DNA of 64,000 nucleotides from Escherichia virus ESCO5. Lineage: Duplodnaviria; Heunggongvirae; Uroviricota; Caudoviricetes. The position numbers and the translations under genes were made by a program. Shown in pieces: positions 55,069-63,442 of the stretch. The stretch lies in the IMG/VR virus record IMGVR_UViG_2974610597_000001, one strand, 5' to 3'. Numbering within the stretch: the stretch's first letter is position 1; every line of letters begins with the position of its first letter. Below the pieces are notes generated by a model, which did not search any database, was not told the DNA's origin, and was given only the letters and a program-made list of their open reading frames with translations.

Positions 55069-55419
55069 TCATTTTAAAAATACCTCATCATCAGTTTCAT
55101 TATCCCAGAAGAACAAGTCCCAACCATTCGGATCATTCCATTTAGCTGCTGGAGAAGTCCATATTTGCTCGATATCAATATTCAAAACTTCACCGTTTCG
55201 TTTTGAAACAGCTTTAGTTAATTCCCAACGGGATACAGGCTCCACTTCCCCTGAACCACTCCCACAACAAGCTACCACATTAGGAGGCAAATTAATTGGA
55301 TCTTTGGTCACAATCATAACGCTTACCCCAGGGTAAACTTTTGAAAGATAATCTAAAACGTAATCCACATCACCAGATAAATCCCAAACAAGTTCTTGAA
55401 TTTCATCAAAATTATTCAT
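55069..55419 (-). CDS. hypothetical protein
   Basis: 116-aa ORF downstream of TerC. Confidence 0.4.
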   Translation of the reverse strand: MNNFDEIQELVWDLSGDVDYVLDYLSKVYPGVSVMIVTKDPINLPPNVVACCGSGSGEVEPVSRWELTKAVSKRNGEVLNIDIEQIWTSPAAKWNDPNGWDLFFWDNETDDEVFLK

Positions 55420-55437
55420 AAGTCTCTCCTATAAAAT

Positions 55438-55455
55438 AGCCTCCCGAAGGAGGCT
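55438..55455 (-). terminator. hairpin terminator after terC
   Basis: On the - strand AGCCTCC, TTCG loop, GGAGGCT, then ATTTTAT. Confidence 0.45.
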
Positions 55456-55461
55456 CATCTA

Positions 55462-56535
55462 TTAAACAGCAGCTTCTTCTTTTTCAGGGAAGATAAAGCT
55501 TGCAATAACACCAAGAGATAATGTGCCTAGAACAATCATCAGACTTACGTTAGGGGAAATATCATGCGGGAGGAATGACCACTTGGCATGAAGTGTTTCA
55601 CCGAACGGGTGATACATAAGTTTAGCACCAACAAACACCAGAACCACAGCAACAGCTTTCTCTAAGTGAACCAGATATTTCACAGCTACACTTAACACAA
55701 AGAAAAGTGCACGTAAACCAAGAACAGCCATCAGCATTGCAGAATAAACTAGCAGAGGTTCTTGTGTCACACCGATTACAGCCGGAACTGAATCAAAAGA
55801 GAAGACAATATCTGTAAGCTCAATAACAAACACACAAAGAAGAGCAGGAGTTGCATATTTAATACCATTCTTAATGGTAATGAACTTTTCACCATCTAGT
55901 GCATTGTGCACAGGCAGAACTTTACCTACTAAACGAACAGCCCAATGCTTAGAGTAATCAATATCCTCTTCTTCGTCACCACCTTTGATGATAGCCACGG
56001 CAGACCAAGCTACAATCAAACCGAACAACACTTGGACCGACCAATGAAGGTTAAACAAAGCGGTCCCTGCTGCAACAAAAATACCTCGGAAGACAATGGC
56101 TCCTGCAATCCCCCAAAGTAAAATCTTATGTTGAAGATGTGTGCTCTTAATTCCAAAGCTTGCAAAAATTGCCATGAATACCATCAGGTTATCTACAGAA
56201 AGACTCTTTTCCAACACATAGCCACTTAGGAAAAGCGCGGCAAACTCTTTACCATGTTCTACCCAAATGAATGCGTAATATCCTAAAGCTAAAGCAATCC
56301 AAAAAACAGACCAAAGCAAAGCAGATTTAATTCCAATTTCTTTATTTTTACCATGTTCTACCCAAATGAATGCGTAATATCCTAAAGCTAAAGCAATCCA
56401 AAAAACAGACCAAAGCAAAGCAGATTTAATTCCAATTTCTTTATTCTCTTTATGACCAAAGAAATCGATACCAATAGACAATGCCAAAATACCAACTAAA
56501 ACAACTACATCAATAATTGGGAAACCGAGTTGCAT
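55462..56535 (-). CDS. terC: TerC-family integral membrane protein
   Basis: Multi-pass membrane protein with LEKSLSVDN and TDIVFSFDSVPAV motifs; contains an internal exact 33-aa duplication. Confidence 0.8.
   Translation of the reverse strand: MQLGFPIIDVVVLVGILALSIGIDFFGHKENKEIGIKSALLWSVFWIALALGYYAFIWVEHGKNKEIGIKSALLWSVFWIALALGYYAFIWVEHGKEFAALFLSGYVLEKSLSVDNLMVFMAIFASFGIKSTHLQHKILLWGIAGAIVFRGIFVAAGTALFNLHWSVQVLFGLIVAWSAVAIIKGGDEEEDIDYSKHWAVRLVGKVLPVHNALDGEKFITIKNGIKYATPALLCVFVIELTDIVFSFDSVPAVIGVTQEPLLVYSAMLMAVLGLRALFFVLSVAVKYLVHLEKAVAVVLVFVGAKLMYHPFGETLHAKWSFLPHDISPNVSLMIVLGTLSLGVIASFIFPEKEEAAV
56248..56445. repeat. perfect 99-bp tandem duplication (2 copies) inside terC
   Basis: 56248-56346 is identical to 56347-56445; in frame; CTCTTTA occurs at both 56245-56251 and 56446-56452. 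Confidence 0.95.
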
Positions 56536-56616
56536 TCTTTTCTCCTCTCTTTGCGGGGAACTATTCCCCGCTTCATTTGATATATATCTTACTCTTTTTA
56601 AGAACTATGTCAACAC

Positions 56617-56838
56617 TTATTTTGTTGAATGAGAGGAAAAGATTCCTCGTAATACCGCCAGAATAAACGAAACACAAACCACGGTCCAGAAGGTTACTGG
56701 GACAGTGATATCTGCATGACCCATAACTTCAGCAACATAGTTGTAAGCCAGCAACAGTAACCAAGCTGGAATCAAACTAAGCATAAAAGCAATAACAAAA
56801 AAGCTTACCACCGCAATAATACCTGCAAAAACACCCAT
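56617..56838 (-). CDS. small two-TM membrane protein
   Basis: 73 aa with two hydrophobic helices. Confidence 0.45.
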   Translation of the reverse strand: MGVFAGIIAVVSFFVIAFMLSLIPAWLLLLAYNYVAEVMGHADITVPVTFWTVVCVSFILAVLRGIFSSHSTK

Positions 56839-56850
56839 ACTAATCTCCTC

Positions 56851-57324
56851 TTAAAGTTTATAAATAGTCACATCGTGACCTGTTTTTACTAAAGTTTCTT
56901 CAATCATCACTTGGATGATAGCCCAATTACCTCCAGCATATCCAGCGCCAATCATAGGTAAGCCGATCTTACATTTTTGGTCACGGAGAAGCACATCATT
57001 AGCCATAGCTATTAGTGCATCGTAAAGTGCATCATAGTCCAACTGACGACCTTTAGCATTGTATCCGTAACGGTATTGCCCGTATAGATTATATACCAAA
57101 GGGTCTGATTGTTCGTCTGGCACCCCTAAACTAAAAGAACCTAACTTACTTTGATCACCAGCCATTGTGTCTAAATCTGCCGCATATGCATAAGGGAATG
57201 CTCGTTTAATTTGCGGAGCAATTCCTGCCCCCATATTACACATACAATTGCAACAATGAGCAATAACAGTTACTTCACCTGCTTTAGCGGCATCAATAAG
57301 ATTACCTGTTTTCATTTTAAGCAT
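56851..57324 (-). CDS. macrodomain protein (OARD1/TARG1-like ADP-ribose hydrolase)
   Basis: Start at internal ATG after AAGGAG; VIAHCCNCMCNMGAGIAPQIKRAF resembles the TARG1 motif [24 protein letters not shown]. Confidence 0.55.
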   Translation of the reverse strand: MLKMKTGNLIDAAKAGEVTVIAHCCNCMCNMGAGIAPQIKRAFPYAYAADLDTMAGDQSKLGSFSLGVPDEQSDPLVYNLYGQYRYGYNAKGRQLDYDALYDALIAMANDVLLRDQKCKIGLPMIGAGYAGGNWAIIQVMIEETLVKTGHDVTIYKL

Positions 57325-57337
57325 TTTTAGCTCCTTA

Positions 57338-58165
57338 TTACAGAATGTGTTGTTTTGTGTAACGATCCAAGAATTCAAAGTTTTCAGCATACTTTGAAAT
57401 TCGGTTGTAACCTTCTCCCAAACATCCGAAGAAAAGTTGCTCTACATAGTAGTGTGGCAATTGGCTAAGAATGATTTTGAAGTCTTCGTGATTTTGGCCC
57501 ATAAGATACTTAATAGGACGAACAAGACACTGTGCATCACGTTCTTCATTAATCATTTTAACAAACGCTTCTGGTGTATTGATATAGTTAAAATTCAGTT
57601 TAGCTTCAGTATCTGCTTGATTACCTTCATATTTTGCAAAATACAAGAAGTAAACATCATTTTTAACTTGATTTTCATCAAGAATCTCAATCAGTTTGTC
57701 TTCATGAGTTCCGGTGATATTTACATCATCAATGAACACAAGCTTCTTATCACCCCAGAATTCTTTGTTGCAGTAGAATGTATCCCCATCAATAAGTTTC
57801 TTACGACTAGCTTTATCCAAGAAACCATAATCGTTGATATAGCTAACTTTACGATGAATAATATCCAGTTCTGCTGAACGACCTTGATCATATTGTGCTT
57901 GCAACATATTAAAGTAATTAATAAAATGATCTGTCATCATTGTTGCAGCATTGTGCACATGGTTATAAGGAGAAGGGATGATAACAAATTGTTCCCCAAT
58001 ATGTTTCATTGCCACTTGAGCAAAAAACTGAAGTACCAATTCTTTACCCATACGACGCGCAGCTTGGTTACTACCAAATTTCAATTTTGAATAGTCTTTG
58101 ATATCAAAAGTAGCAGTTTCCAGGTCATCAAATTTATTTGCAAAAATTTGAGTTTGATTACGCAT
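57338..58165 (-). CDS. phosphoribosyltransferase (type I PRTase) domain protein
   Basis: PRPP-binding signature KLVFIDDVNITGTHE; RBS GAGGAG. Confidence 0.6.
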   Translation of the reverse strand: MRNQTQIFANKFDDLETATFDIKDYSKLKFGSNQAARRMGKELVLQFFAQVAMKHIGEQFVIIPSPYNHVHNAATMMTDHFINYFNMLQAQYDQGRSAELDIIHRKVSYINDYGFLDKASRKKLIDGDTFYCNKEFWGDKKLVFIDDVNITGTHEDKLIEILDENQVKNDVYFLYFAKYEGNQADTEAKLNFNYINTPEAFVKMINEERDAQCLVRPIKYLMGQNHEDFKIILSQLPHYYVEQLFFGCLGEGYNRISKYAENFEFLDRYTKQHIL

Positions 58166-58814
58166 TTACAATTTCTCCTCTTTTAAGTTTCTCTAGTAAG
58201 TCGTTAGGGTTCTTAATATGACAGAAGTTAATCCCTATGTCAACACATTTACCATCAAATTCTTCGCTGTCCCCAACATGTAAAATCTCTTCAGCCTTCA
58301 AAGGAATGCTTGAATATGTGGCGGTCCTAACAAAGAATCTAGGATCTGGTTTACATAACAGATGTTCGTCTGAAAAATGCATAAATTCAAAACAATTCCA
58401 ACTGTCGAACATACAAGCACGACGCAAAATATCCCCAGATATAAAATTAGTATTGCTTTTAATACTAAGATCATATTTACCAGACAAGTATAGCAAACAA
58501 ACTGGCAAATCTAAAGCGATATGTGGAGGAAATTTAAGAAACCATTGCTCACAATCAAAACGCATTTGTGCAGATTCTACAGGGGTTAAACCTATCTTTC
58601 TTCCCAACATATTCCATGCATATGCTACACCTTCTGCACACCCATTTAGTGCAGCATTATCCATAATTTCTTTGGCATCTTTATATGCTTCTTTTGCCGC
58701 ACGTTCAGACATTCTACCATATGTAGCAATAGTGTGCGTACGTGCATCTGCATAGTTTTGATTGGCAGAAATAAGAGTATTCCATACATCAAAAGAAATA
58801 TGTTTTATTGTCAT
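58158..58814 (-). CDS. HAD-superfamily phosphatase-like protein
   Basis: N-terminal ISFDVWNTL (motif I-like), LSIKSNT, C-terminal HVGDSEEFD; start moved to internal ATG at 58814. Confidence 0.5.
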   Translation of the reverse strand: MTIKHISFDVWNTLISANQNYADARTHTIATYGRMSERAAKEAYKDAKEIMDNAALNGCAEGVAYAWNMLGRKIGLTPVESAQMRFDCEQWFLKFPPHIALDLPVCLLYLSGKYDLSIKSNTNFISGDILRRACMFDSWNCFEFMHFSDEHLLCKPDPRFFVRTATYSSIPLKAEEILHVGDSEEFDGKCVDIGINFCHIKNPNDLLEKLKRGEIVNA

Positions 58815-58815
58815 A

Positions 58816-59421
58816 CTAGGCCCACCACGCATCAAGATTTAAGTTACTGTCTACCACAACTTGTTCTATGTGGTAGCCTTTTATCTGTATCCCACTGTTC
58901 AAGAGCATATCATATGCTTCATTGAAACGCAACTTATCTTCTGCGGAATATAAGCGAGCATTGTAAAATCGGTAATCAAGTTCTTCAGCATTAGAAGAAA
59001 TACGGAAGAAGTTTGTTTCTACTTCAGGATCACTTGCTGAAGTTTTAATGTGAACTTCTCCGTAATTTTCTTTGCTTAGATCCATGAAAAGAACACAGGC
59101 AACATGTTTAAACATTCGTTCCAGTTTGTAACGAACAACATTGAAACCTGCGTTCTCAAGTTTTTCTACACATTGCAACATTAACGTAGTGTCGAGATCG
59201 CTTTGATACTTTGTTAACATACGATCACGTTGAGACTTTGTATCCCGATGTAAATCAATTGTTGTGCATTTGGCACCAATGATCTTAGCTGCTTTCATCA
59301 ACTCTTCAGAACTAACGTTAGATAAAGTAAGATGAAAATGGGCTTTCCACACTTTTTTAGCAGGGACACCAAAAGATTTATCCCCACTATTCGGCATGTT
59401 GACTACTACACTATGTTGCAT
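58816..59421 (-). CDS. hypothetical protein
   Basis: 201 aa, ATG after GAGGAG. Confidence 0.45.
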   Translation of the reverse strand: MQHSVVVNMPNSGDKSFGVPAKKVWKAHFHLTLSNVSSEELMKAAKIIGAKCTTIDLHRDTKSQRDRMLTKYQSDLDTTLMLQCVEKLENAGFNVVRYKLERMFKHVACVLFMDLSKENYGEVHIKTSASDPEVETNFFRISSNAEELDYRFYNARLYSAEDKLRFNEAYDMLLNSGIQIKGYHIEQVVVDSNLNLDAWWA

Positions 59422-59436
59422 TACTTATCTCCTCAC

Positions 59437-59628
59437 TTAAAATGGAAGTCTTTGAAGTTCATCTCCTCCGATATCAAGTAATTTAGCAACATCTCGATCA
59501 GAAAGCAACTCTTTTCTTTGTAAAATATCCACAAGGGTTGCAAGAATGTCCTTAACGTCCCGATCACTGTTCTTCAAAAGTTCTCCTGCCGTCCCTACCC
59601 TATCTCCTACAGCAAAATATGTAACCAT
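59437..59628 (-). CDS. hypothetical small protein
   Basis: Start at ATG 59628 after TAGGAGG. Confidence 0.35.
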   Translation of the reverse strand: MVTYFAVGDRVGTAGELLKNSDRDVKDILATLVDILQRKELLSDRDVAKLLDIGGDELQRLPF

Positions 59629-59641
59629 AAAACCTCCTACG

Positions 59642-60112
59642 CTAATCTGATTGCCAACCACTCGCCGTTTTGGTCCATAATCTTTGATTATCTGACCCTC
59701 TGAAAGGTTTTGTGGTTGGATTGTTTATTTCATACTTTCCGTCTACAATAATGTCAACAAGATTTTTAATATACAAAGGCACTTCCTCAAAAGTATATCC
59801 TGTATACACCATTATATCTTTGCTTGACCCATAAACGTCTCTAACCTTTTCTATAAGGTTTTTAACATTGTAAATATTCTGCGGATCTAATGGTTCTCCT
59901 CCTAAAATTGTTAAACCTTTTACAAACGGTCTTGACAAATCTTTTAAAACTTGCTCTACATTTTCGTTAGTGAACGGTTTCCCATAAGAATAAGACCAGG
60001 CTTTCTGGTTAAAACAGCCACGACAACCGTGGCTACAACCACTAACCCAGAGGGAGCACCTAACTCCCTCACCATTAATAAGATCTACAGGTTCATATCC
60101 TGCAAAATTCAA
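59642..60112 (-). CDS. nrdG: anaerobic ribonucleotide reductase activating protein (radical SAM)
   Basis: CSHGCRGC motif; 156 aa; immediately downstream of nrdD with overlapping stop/start. Confidence 0.85.
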   Translation of the reverse strand: MNFAGYEPVDLINGEGVRCSLWVSGCSHGCRGCFNQKAWSYSYGKPFTNENVEQVLKDLSRPFVKGLTILGGEPLDPQNIYNVKNLIEKVRDVYGSSKDIMVYTGYTFEEVPLYIKNLVDIIVDGKYEINNPTTKPFRGSDNQRLWTKTASGWQSD

Positions 60113-61923
60113 AGATGTTTCTCCCTTTGCAAAACTTCCTGCATTTTACCTTTGTTATAAGGCCGTGAATTAGGGGCAGAAAGATACCCTGATACACGTC
60201 TAACTACAGAAATAGTTTCTTCTTCATGGTTGCCACAATTAGGACACTCAAACCCTTTAGCCGTTGCCTTAAATTCTCCATGAAAACCACACTTAAAGCA
60301 TTGATCCACGGGCTGATTAATACCAAAATAGTGAATATGTTCATAAGCGTAGTCTACTAAAGTCTCCAAAGCTTCTAAGTTATTCTTTAAGTTTGGTGTT
60401 TCGACATAACTTATGTTACCACCATTGCTAATCTGTGCAAAACCTGCTTCATAATCCCATTTTTCAAAAGGATTTGTTACCAACCATACAGGTTGATGAA
60501 AAGAATTAGTAAGATAGTCTCTTTCTACCAGACCTGGATATTTTTCATTTAAAGCTGTTGCAAATTTATAGCACAAGGATTCTGCTGGAGTTCCATAAAG
60601 ACTAAATGCCAACTTAGATCGTTCTTTAAACACAGCACACACATCTTTCATATGTTGCAGAATGTTTTTACCTAGTTCCTTTTTATCTTTTTCCTCTGGA
60701 TAAAGGATTTCCAAAGCTTCGGCAAGACCTACATAACCAATACTAATAGAAGCATAACCACCTTCAAACAAAGCACCAATTTCATCGTTGGCATTTAAAC
60801 GCGCTAAAGCCCCTTCCATGAAAAGAATAGGGTTTTCAGATGCTTTGGTATGTCTGATACGGTTTACACGTAGCATGTGAGCATCGTAGGCTATCTCCAT
60901 ATGTTTATTAAGAAGATCGGTGAAAGATTCTCCTTTACTTCTCGCTTCCGCAGCAATCAGAGGCAAGTTGATAGAAACTACTCCAAGGTTGAATCGTCCA
61001 TCATATTTTTCTCCTTGTTCGGTGGCATAGTACGACAAAAAGGAACGACAACCCATACTCGTAACGGTACCATCTGCTGATCCCGTAACTTCTTTGTTCA
61101 AAGGAACAGAAATAAAATCTGGATAAATACGATCAGCACAACATGCCAAAGCTTGTTGCTTAAGGTCGTAGTTAGGATCACTAGGTTTCATGTTAACACC
61201 TTCTTGTAAAAAGAAAATAACTTTAGGGAATACAGGCGTTACATGATCTTTACCTAGACCGTTACTATGCACTTTAAGATAGTTAGCTGTGATCATTCTG
61301 CCAAAAACAGAGGTATCCAGACCCATACTGATTGTAATAAAAGGAGATTGTCCATTAACACTCATTAAAGTGTTAACCTGATACAAAAGAGTTTGCATAG
61401 CGTCATATACATCTTGTTCGGTCATTTCTAGGGCTTCTTTCCTTGCATAACAACCGTAGCGACGTTTGGTTATCTCCATGTTTTTAAGGAAACTGGCTTC
61501 AACATAAGGACTAAGACCTTTATCAATGTGCGCACACGTCTGACCTCCATACTGACTGGAGGCAACAGCTTGGATGATTTGAGTTAGCACTGTAGTAGCT
61601 ACTCCAATAGATTTTGGTTTTTCTATCTGTGCAGCACCGATCTTAAAACCATTCTCTAACATATCTTGATAATTAACAAGACAACAGTTTGTAAGAGGAG
61701 AGAGCAGATAATCCAAGTCGTGAATATGTCCAAAACCTTCTGTATGCCATTCTGACAAGTTTTTTGGCAGTATCTGTGTCATTGCCATATGTTTGCTTAA
61801 AATCCCCGCCAAGAGATCCCTGTGCGTGTTAACAAGGTGGGAAGGTTTGTTTGCATTCTCTCTAGTGTATGTTTCTGAAGTGCGATCTAAAAAAGAAAAA
61901 ACATCTTGGTACAAATCTTTCAT
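60109..61923 (-). CDS. nrdD: anaerobic ribonucleoside-triphosphate reductase (class III)
   Basis: C-terminal glycyl-radical motif RRVSGYL and zinc ribbon CFKCG...CPNCG; 604 aa. Confidence 0.9.
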   Translation of the reverse strand: MKDLYQDVFSFLDRTSETYTRENANKPSHLVNTHRDLLAGILSKHMAMTQILPKNLSEWHTEGFGHIHDLDYLLSPLTNCCLVNYQDMLENGFKIGAAQIEKPKSIGVATTVLTQIIQAVASSQYGGQTCAHIDKGLSPYVEASFLKNMEITKRRYGCYARKEALEMTEQDVYDAMQTLLYQVNTLMSVNGQSPFITISMGLDTSVFGRMITANYLKVHSNGLGKDHVTPVFPKVIFFLQEGVNMKPSDPNYDLKQQALACCADRIYPDFISVPLNKEVTGSADGTVTSMGCRSFLSYYATEQGEKYDGRFNLGVVSINLPLIAAEARSKGESFTDLLNKHMEIAYDAHMLRVNRIRHTKASENPILFMEGALARLNANDEIGALFEGGYASISIGYVGLAEALEILYPEEKDKKELGKNILQHMKDVCAVFKERSKLAFSLYGTPAESLCYKFATALNEKYPGLVERDYLTNSFHQPVWLVTNPFEKWDYEAGFAQISNGGNISYVETPNLKNNLEALETLVDYAYEHIHYFGINQPVDQCFKCGFHGEFKATAKGFECPNCGNHEEETISVVRRVSGYLSAPNSRPYNKGKMQEVLQREKHL

Positions 61924-62000
61924 TATTAATCCTTATTTTGTGAGTAGAACTATTATTCTACCTCTTTCAACCGAAAAAAGCTTTGAGGGAAATCAAAAAA

Positions 62001-62025
62001 GGCGCAAAGTGCGCCTTTAAGTTTT
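62001..62025 (-). terminator. rho-independent terminator upstream of nrdD
   Basis: On the - strand GGCGCA, CTT loop, TGCGCC, then TTTTTTGATTT. Confidence 0.65.
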
Positions 62026-62026
62026 A

Positions 62027-63442
62027 TCATTTGGAGAGGAATTGTCTTCCCATGATCTTACCGTTCTTCACAGCGGTCCCATCGTGTCCATTGTAATCCC
62101 AGGTTCCATCGATATTACGCAAGAAGCTATCACGAACAGTATAGGCTTTACCGTTCTCTACTTTACTTTCTTCCACAATGATTGCCATAACAAGCTTATT
62201 TTCAATTTCGGTAGTAACCGATTCTTTGATACCCTCTGTAACTTCACGATCATATTGGATATAAACTCGCTCCTCGGTTACTTGCACGTCTACCACATTT
62301 TTAAATGTGTAGGTCTGTTGCGTAGTGTAGAGGACACGAACGACACTCTTCTTACCTACCGGAGGCTTCTTACGAGGCTTACGGTAACGTGGTTTAGGGT
62401 TGTTAGTTGGAAGCCAACCAACAATATCCCGATCATATCCAACATGACCCCAAGTGAAATGCGTAGCCGATCCACTATCCGTAGTTCCGTCACGAAAGAG
62501 AACTTCTACGTGACCACCACAAGGGCGGTGTCCACCATTATTATAGTTGTATTTTGCCGTGCGCGGGAGAATGAAGTATTCTTTAATCGCCCACTCTTCC
62601 AGATTGTCGATATTCCAAGTGAATACTGTTCCCTTAGCAACATCTGTTTGACCATTGTTGAAGCGAACCTGCACGAAATCTTCCGAAGGCATAACACCTG
62701 TGTTCGGCAGATATTCAAATGCAGTATCTTCCGCTACAAACTGTTCTTCCTCTTGCTCCTCAATACTTGGCACAGGCGCAGCTTCATCGTATTTCGCAGC
62801 AAACATATTTTTAAATTCTTGAGCCGTGACTTCTACAAGGCCGCGATCACCAGTAGCAGCAGAGTGTGGGCGTGGTAAATCCCCAACTTCAATATGCATT
62901 GCATCTAAGCCTGCTTGACGATCAAAGAAGATAACCTTGCGGAATTGTTTATCTTTATATTGTGGCAGTTCATACATACTTGGATCGATTGTCTTCAAAC
63001 GTTCAGCATCTTCTGGCTTCCAGAAGCTTTTACCTGTTGCAAATCTAAAGTCTACCAGTAGTTTAACAACATCTCCTAATGATAAACTATCTGCATCTAC
63101 GAAAACGTCTTCGATTCCCAATAACCCTGATTTCTTAAGAATCAAATCTAACATGTAACCTCCTGTGGTTTGTTCTGCGTCTGGATAACGATCAACACTG
63201 GTGCTGGTTACACCGTTTATTTCACCAGTGGAGGCATTGTAGGAAATATATGGGAAGGTCATATCGTTCATTGCAAAATCACCTGAACAGGTTGGATCAT
63301 CTTCTCCCTCCCAGCCATACACCTTCACAATACCTTCACACAATTTGTCATACACACCAGCGCGACGTGCTGCTTCAGCAACTTCCTGTTTACGGGCAAA
63401 TTTATTAATCATGATTCCTCCTGTTAATTGCCATAGATGCAC
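62027..63442 (-). CDS. hypothetical large protein (possible enzyme of the accessory biosynthetic module)
   Basis: 471-aa ORF; likely true start is the internal Met (MINKFARKQ) after GGAGGA near 63411; no motif identified by eye. Confidence 0.5.
   Translation of the reverse strand: MHLWQLTGGIMINKFARKQEVAEAARRAGVYDKLCEGIVKVYGWEGEDDPTCSGDFAMNDMTFPYISYNASTGEINGVTSTSVDRYPDAEQTTGGYMLDLILKKSGLLGIEDVFVDADSLSLGDVVKLLVDFRFATGKSFWKPEDAERLKTIDPSMYELPQYKDKQFRKVIFFDRQAGLDAMHIEVGDLPRPHSAATGDRGLVEVTAQEFKNMFAAKYDEAAPVPSIEEQEEEQFVAEDTAFEYLPNTGVMPSEDFVQVRFNNGQTDVAKGTVFTWNIDNLEEWAIKEYFILPRTAKYNYNNGGHRPCGGHVEVLFRDGTTDSGSATHFTWGHVGYDRDIVGWLPTNNPKPRYRKPRKKPPVGKKSVVRVLYTTQQTYTFKNVVDVQVTEERVYIQYDREVTEGIKESVTTEIENKLVMAIIVEESKVENGKAYTVRDSFLRNIDGTWDYNGHDGTAVKNGKIMGRQFLSK

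Noticed and set aside
56536-56616. yybP-ykoY Mn riboswitch upstream of terC
   Set aside because: The leader is only about 81 nt and I could not recognise the conserved riboswitch helices; kept only as a low-interest structured leader.
57338-58165. PhoH-like ATPase, or Prs paired with a NadV-type NAD salvage enzyme
   Set aside because: No Walker A motif is present, the single PRPP-binding loop is mid-protein unlike ribose-phosphate pyrophosphokinase, and the neighbouring 471-aa protein shows no NAMPT-like features by eye.
61924-62000. sigma70 promoter upstream of nrdD
   Set aside because: A TTGAAA hexamer is present on the - strand but no acceptable -10 at 16-18 bp spacing was found.
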